DNA of 64,000 bases, from positions 2,673 to 66,672 of the forward strand of contig JACRER010000018.1 in NCBI GenBank assembly GCA_016234365.1, given 5' to 3'. The notes under the pieces were generated by a model that saw only the letters and a program-made list of their open reading frames with translations, was not told the origin of the DNA and did no database searches. A program made the position numbers and the translations under genes. How positions within the stretch are numbered: the first letter of the stretch is position 1; each line of letters starts with the position of its first letter. This document shows positions 61,470 through 64,000 of the stretch, in pieces. The DNA is from Elusimicrobiota bacterium (GTDB lineage: Bacteria > Elusimicrobiota > Elusimicrobia > Elusimicrobiales > UBA9959).

Positions 61470-62558
61470 TTACTTCAGTTCGAACGTCTCTATGTTGCTG
61501 GCTTCGGTCCCCGAGGAGAGCGGGCCGGAGCGGAAGAACTTCACTGTGACCACGTATTTGCCCGGCTTGGGGGCGTCCATGAGCTTCAGCTCGTAGGAAC
61601 CGGCCACGTCATAGGCCTGGGTCACGTTGAACTTCACGAAGGAGTTCAGGACCTGGTCCACCGGCGTGTTGGGGCCGATATCAGGGATGTTCATCCCGTC
61701 GGCGGTGATGGTGATCTTCTCGCCGCGGAAATAATCCGCACGGTTGTCCTTGAGGATGATGCGCACATCTCCGGAGGTGGTGATGCCGGCGTAGGTCATC
61801 TCCAGTTCCTTTCCGCTGGGCTGGGAAGGCTTCTTCCTGCCGGGCGTCATGGTGAAGATGGTGCTGCGCCGGAAGAGGCCGTCGTCGTTCTGGGAAGAAA
61901 CGGCGTATTCATAAAGCATCCCGTTGAGATTGACGTCCACGGACTTGGGCGCGCGCATGCAGACCTCGAGGCGCTCGGTCTCCCAGGCTTCCAGCTGGCG
62001 CGGGCCGATGTTAACGGTGACCTTGCGCTTGTGGTAGTTGGTGGCCGGGCGGCAGGGGCCCTGGAAACCATGGTCGTAGGTCATGCACTCCTGGCCGTAC
62101 TCCTCCATGATCATATCCATGGTCTGGCTGAGCGGGCTCTGGGCGTTGAACTCCATGGTCCGGCAGCTCTCGCGGTAACCGCCGAAGTGGTACTGCGAGG
62201 ACGGCTGGTTGGGATGGTCCCAACCGGGGTTATAGGGCGGGGGAACCGGAGGGTAATGCGGGGGCGGGGGAGGCGGGTAACCGGGGTGGCCGCCAGGCTG
62301 GCCGGGGTGTACCGGCGGGGGAGGCGGAGGATACCCGGGATGACCGCCGGGGTGGCCGGGCTGGCCCGGATGCTGGGGGAACTGCCCGGGCGGGGGGGGC
62401 TGGTGGCCGCCGCCGGCGAGATCTGAAACTATATCCAGTATCCCGATGGCCGTATCTAAACCGCCGGCCTTGTTACCGTCAAAGTCTACTTCGGCTGCGC
62501 GGACAGCCGCCGACACGCACATCAGCGCCGCGAACATGAACGCAACTTGTTTTTTCAT
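61470..62558 (-). CDS. secreted protein with a His/Pro/Gly-rich repeat region (hypothetical)
   Basis: Signal peptide MKKQVAFMFAALMCVSAAVRA. Residues ~50-118 read GHQPPPPGQFPQHPGQPGHPGGHPGYPPPPPPVHPGQPGGHPGYPPPPPPHYPPVPPPYNPGWDHP, followed by a globular C-terminal domain. Confidence 0.6.
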   Translation of the reverse strand: MKKQVAFMFAALMCVSAAVRAAEVDFDGNKAGGLDTAIGILDIVSDLAGGGHQPPPPGQFPQHPGQPGHPGGHPGYPPPPPPVHPGQPGGHPGYPPPPPPHYPPVPPPYNPGWDHPNQPSSQYHFGGYRESCRTMEFNAQSPLSQTMDMIMEEYGQECMTYDHGFQGPCRPATNYHKRKVTVNIGPRQLEAWETERLEVCMRAPKSVDVNLNGMLYEYAVSSQNDDGLFRRSTIFTMTPGRKKPSQPSGKELEMTYAGITTSGDVRIILKDNRADYFRGEKITITADGMNIPDIGPNTPVDQVLNSFVKFNVTQAYDVAGSYELKLMDAPKPGKYVVTVKFFRSGPLSSGTEASNIETFELK

Positions 62559-62706
62559 CTTTCCTCCGTGGAATTACCGGACGCGCCAGAAAGCGTATCC
62601 GGCTCCTAAAAAGATTCTTTCAAAAACAAGGAATGTCCGATAGGTACGATGGGCCCAGCCGGGCGTGGTTTTTAGGCCCCCGCGGGACCGGGACTTAAAG
62701 GTAGTC

Positions 62707-63093
62707 TCAAATAGCGGTCTCGGCCAGGACGGCCCGGATCTCGGCGGCTATCTTGTCTATGTTCTCCATCTTGGAGAGCATGCGCCGCACCTGCGGGTGC
62801 TTCGCCACCTCGGTGCGGCTGACGGTATTGAAATGCGAGGCGGTGACCACCACGACCGGGATGGAAGAAAGGGCCGGGTTGCGGCTCAGTTCGGATATCA
62901 GCCGCAGGCCGTCGAAATCAGGCATGCCTATGTCGGTCACCACGCAGGCGACGCCGCCCTCGAGGCAGAGCGCTATGCCCTGCAGGCCGTTGTGTCCCAC
63001 TACCACGTCGAATTCTTCCTCCAGCGAGGCGCGGATGAGTTCGGCGAAAACCTCGTTGTCGTCAAGCACGACTATTTTCTTGCGGCCTTCCAT
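62707..63093 (-). CDS. stand-alone response regulator receiver protein
   Basis: KKIVVLDDNEVFAELI...VVTDIGMPDFDG...VVVVTA is a receiver pattern with no output domain. Confidence 0.85.
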   Translation of the reverse strand: MEGRKKIVVLDDNEVFAELIRASLEEEFDVVVGHNGLQGIALCLEGGVACVVTDIGMPDFDGLRLISELSRNPALSSIPVVVVTASHFNTVSRTEVAKHPQVRRMLSKMENIDKIAAEIRAVLAETAI

Positions 63094-63105
63094 GGCGATA
63101 GTATA

Positions 63106-64000
63106 TCACTTCCCCGCGGCCAGCTGGCCGCAAGCCGCGGCGATGTCGGCGCCGCGTTCCTGCCGCAGGTAGGTGCGCACGCCGGCGGCTATCAGCTCCA
63201 GCTGGAACGCTTTGACGCGCGGGAATTCCCCGCCGGGTCCGCCGGGCGGGTTGTAGGGGATAAGGTTTACCCGGCAGGGGATGTCGCCTATCAGCCGGGC
63301 CAGCAGCGCGGAATCCTCCGGCCGGTCGTTGACGCCGCAAAACAGGATATATTCGAACATCACCAGCGCTTTGCGGACGCGGCAGTACTCGCGGACGGCG
63401 GCGACCACCTTTTTTATGGGATAGACCTTTTCCATGGGCGCCAGGCGGGCGCGCTGTTCCTCGTCGGCGGCCACCACGGAGACGGCCAGCCGCACCTTCA
63501 GGTCCGAGGCGGTCAGTTCTTCTATCACCGGGATCACGCCTATGGTGGACAAGGTCATTTTGGCCTGGGGGAAATGGCGGCCGCGGCTGTCGGAAAGTAT
63601 CAGGACGGCTTTCTTTACGTTCTCCCAATTAAGGAAAGGCTCTCCCATACCCATAAAGACCAGGCTGTTAAGCGTGCCGGCCTCTTTCAGGCAGGCCTCG
63701 AACTGGTCCACTATCTCCGAAGGCGCCAGGGAACGCCTGAGCCCCAGGGCCCCGGTGGCGCAGAAGGTGCAGCCGCAGGAGCAGCCCGACTGGGAGGAAA
63801 GGCACGCGGCCAAACGGTCTTTGGCCGGCAGCACCACGCATTCGGCCGGGGCACCGTCGGAGAACCGCAGGAGCATCTTTTTAGTGCCGTCGCGCGACAC
63901 CTGCGTGCGCTCCGCGGCTGCGCGGGGGGAGAGCGAGAACGCAGGAACGAGCGCCTTGCGCACGCGTTCAACCACGCCGGGCAGGGCGGCCAGGTCCGCA
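63106..64000 (-). CDS. rlmN: 23S rRNA/tRNA (adenine-C2)-methyltransferase RlmN (radical SAM), 5' end beyond the window
   Basis: CSCGCTFCATG (CxxxCxxC), MGMGEPFLN and ACGQL motifs. The frame continues to the window edge. Confidence 0.9.
   Translation of the reverse strand, partial: ADLAALPGVVERVRKALVPAFSLSPRAAAERTQVSRDGTKKMLLRFSDGAPAECVVLPAKDRLAACLSSQSGCSCGCTFCATGALGLRRSLAPSEIVDQFEACLKEAGTLNSLVFMGMGEPFLNWENVKKAVLILSDSRGRHFPQAKMTLSTIGVIPVIEELTASDLKVRLAVSVVAADEEQRARLAPMEKVYPIKKVVAAVREYCRVRKALVMFEYILFCGVNDRPEDSALLARLIGDIPCRVNLIPYNPPGGPGGEFPRVKAFQLELIAAGVRTYLRQERGADIAAACGQLAAGK

Overview
GC-rich, densely packed bacterial chromosomal window. TolC, KdsC and a heptose-1-P adenylyltransferase point to a diderm organism. 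I support about 70 protein-coding genes. I found no rRNA, tRNA, CRISPR array, transposase, integrase or recognisable defence or toxin-antitoxin genes.

Recognisable housekeeping genes: accC, rfaE2-like, glpT, glpQ, tatD, two pseudouridine synthases, trmJ-like, asd, parA/parB with two parS-like sites, kdsC, ccdA, pyrC-pyrD-pyrF-pyrE, mutS and mutL, dus, macA-macB-tolC, folD, and rlmN (cut by the window end).

Many long ORFs in the track lie antisense to these genes. They are Arg/Gly/Ala/His/Pro-rich shadows typical of high-GC DNA, and I reject them.

Observations worth a second look:
1. A 113-bp element with perfect 28-bp terminal inverted repeats, present twice (about 2758-2870 and 16770-16882).
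2. A second structured palindromic element that fills the parA-parB spacer.
3. A serine-palmitoyltransferase-like gene next to a large GNAT-like gene, a possible spt/bcerS-type lipid pair.
4. A signalling island: HD-GYP, receiver, PilZ plus a minimal nucleotidyltransferase, and CheY plus a CheC-like protein. Four orphan receivers occur in the window and no histidine kinase.
5. A four-gene operon of secreted proteins led by a clostripain (C11) peptidase behind a near-consensus promoter.
6. A DUF2089 three-gene operon in which each protein carries the same short SHOCT-like helix.
7. A secreted protein built from five repeats, inserted between mutS and mutL.

None of these can be assigned a function from sequence alone. 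All functional readings are marked as inference.
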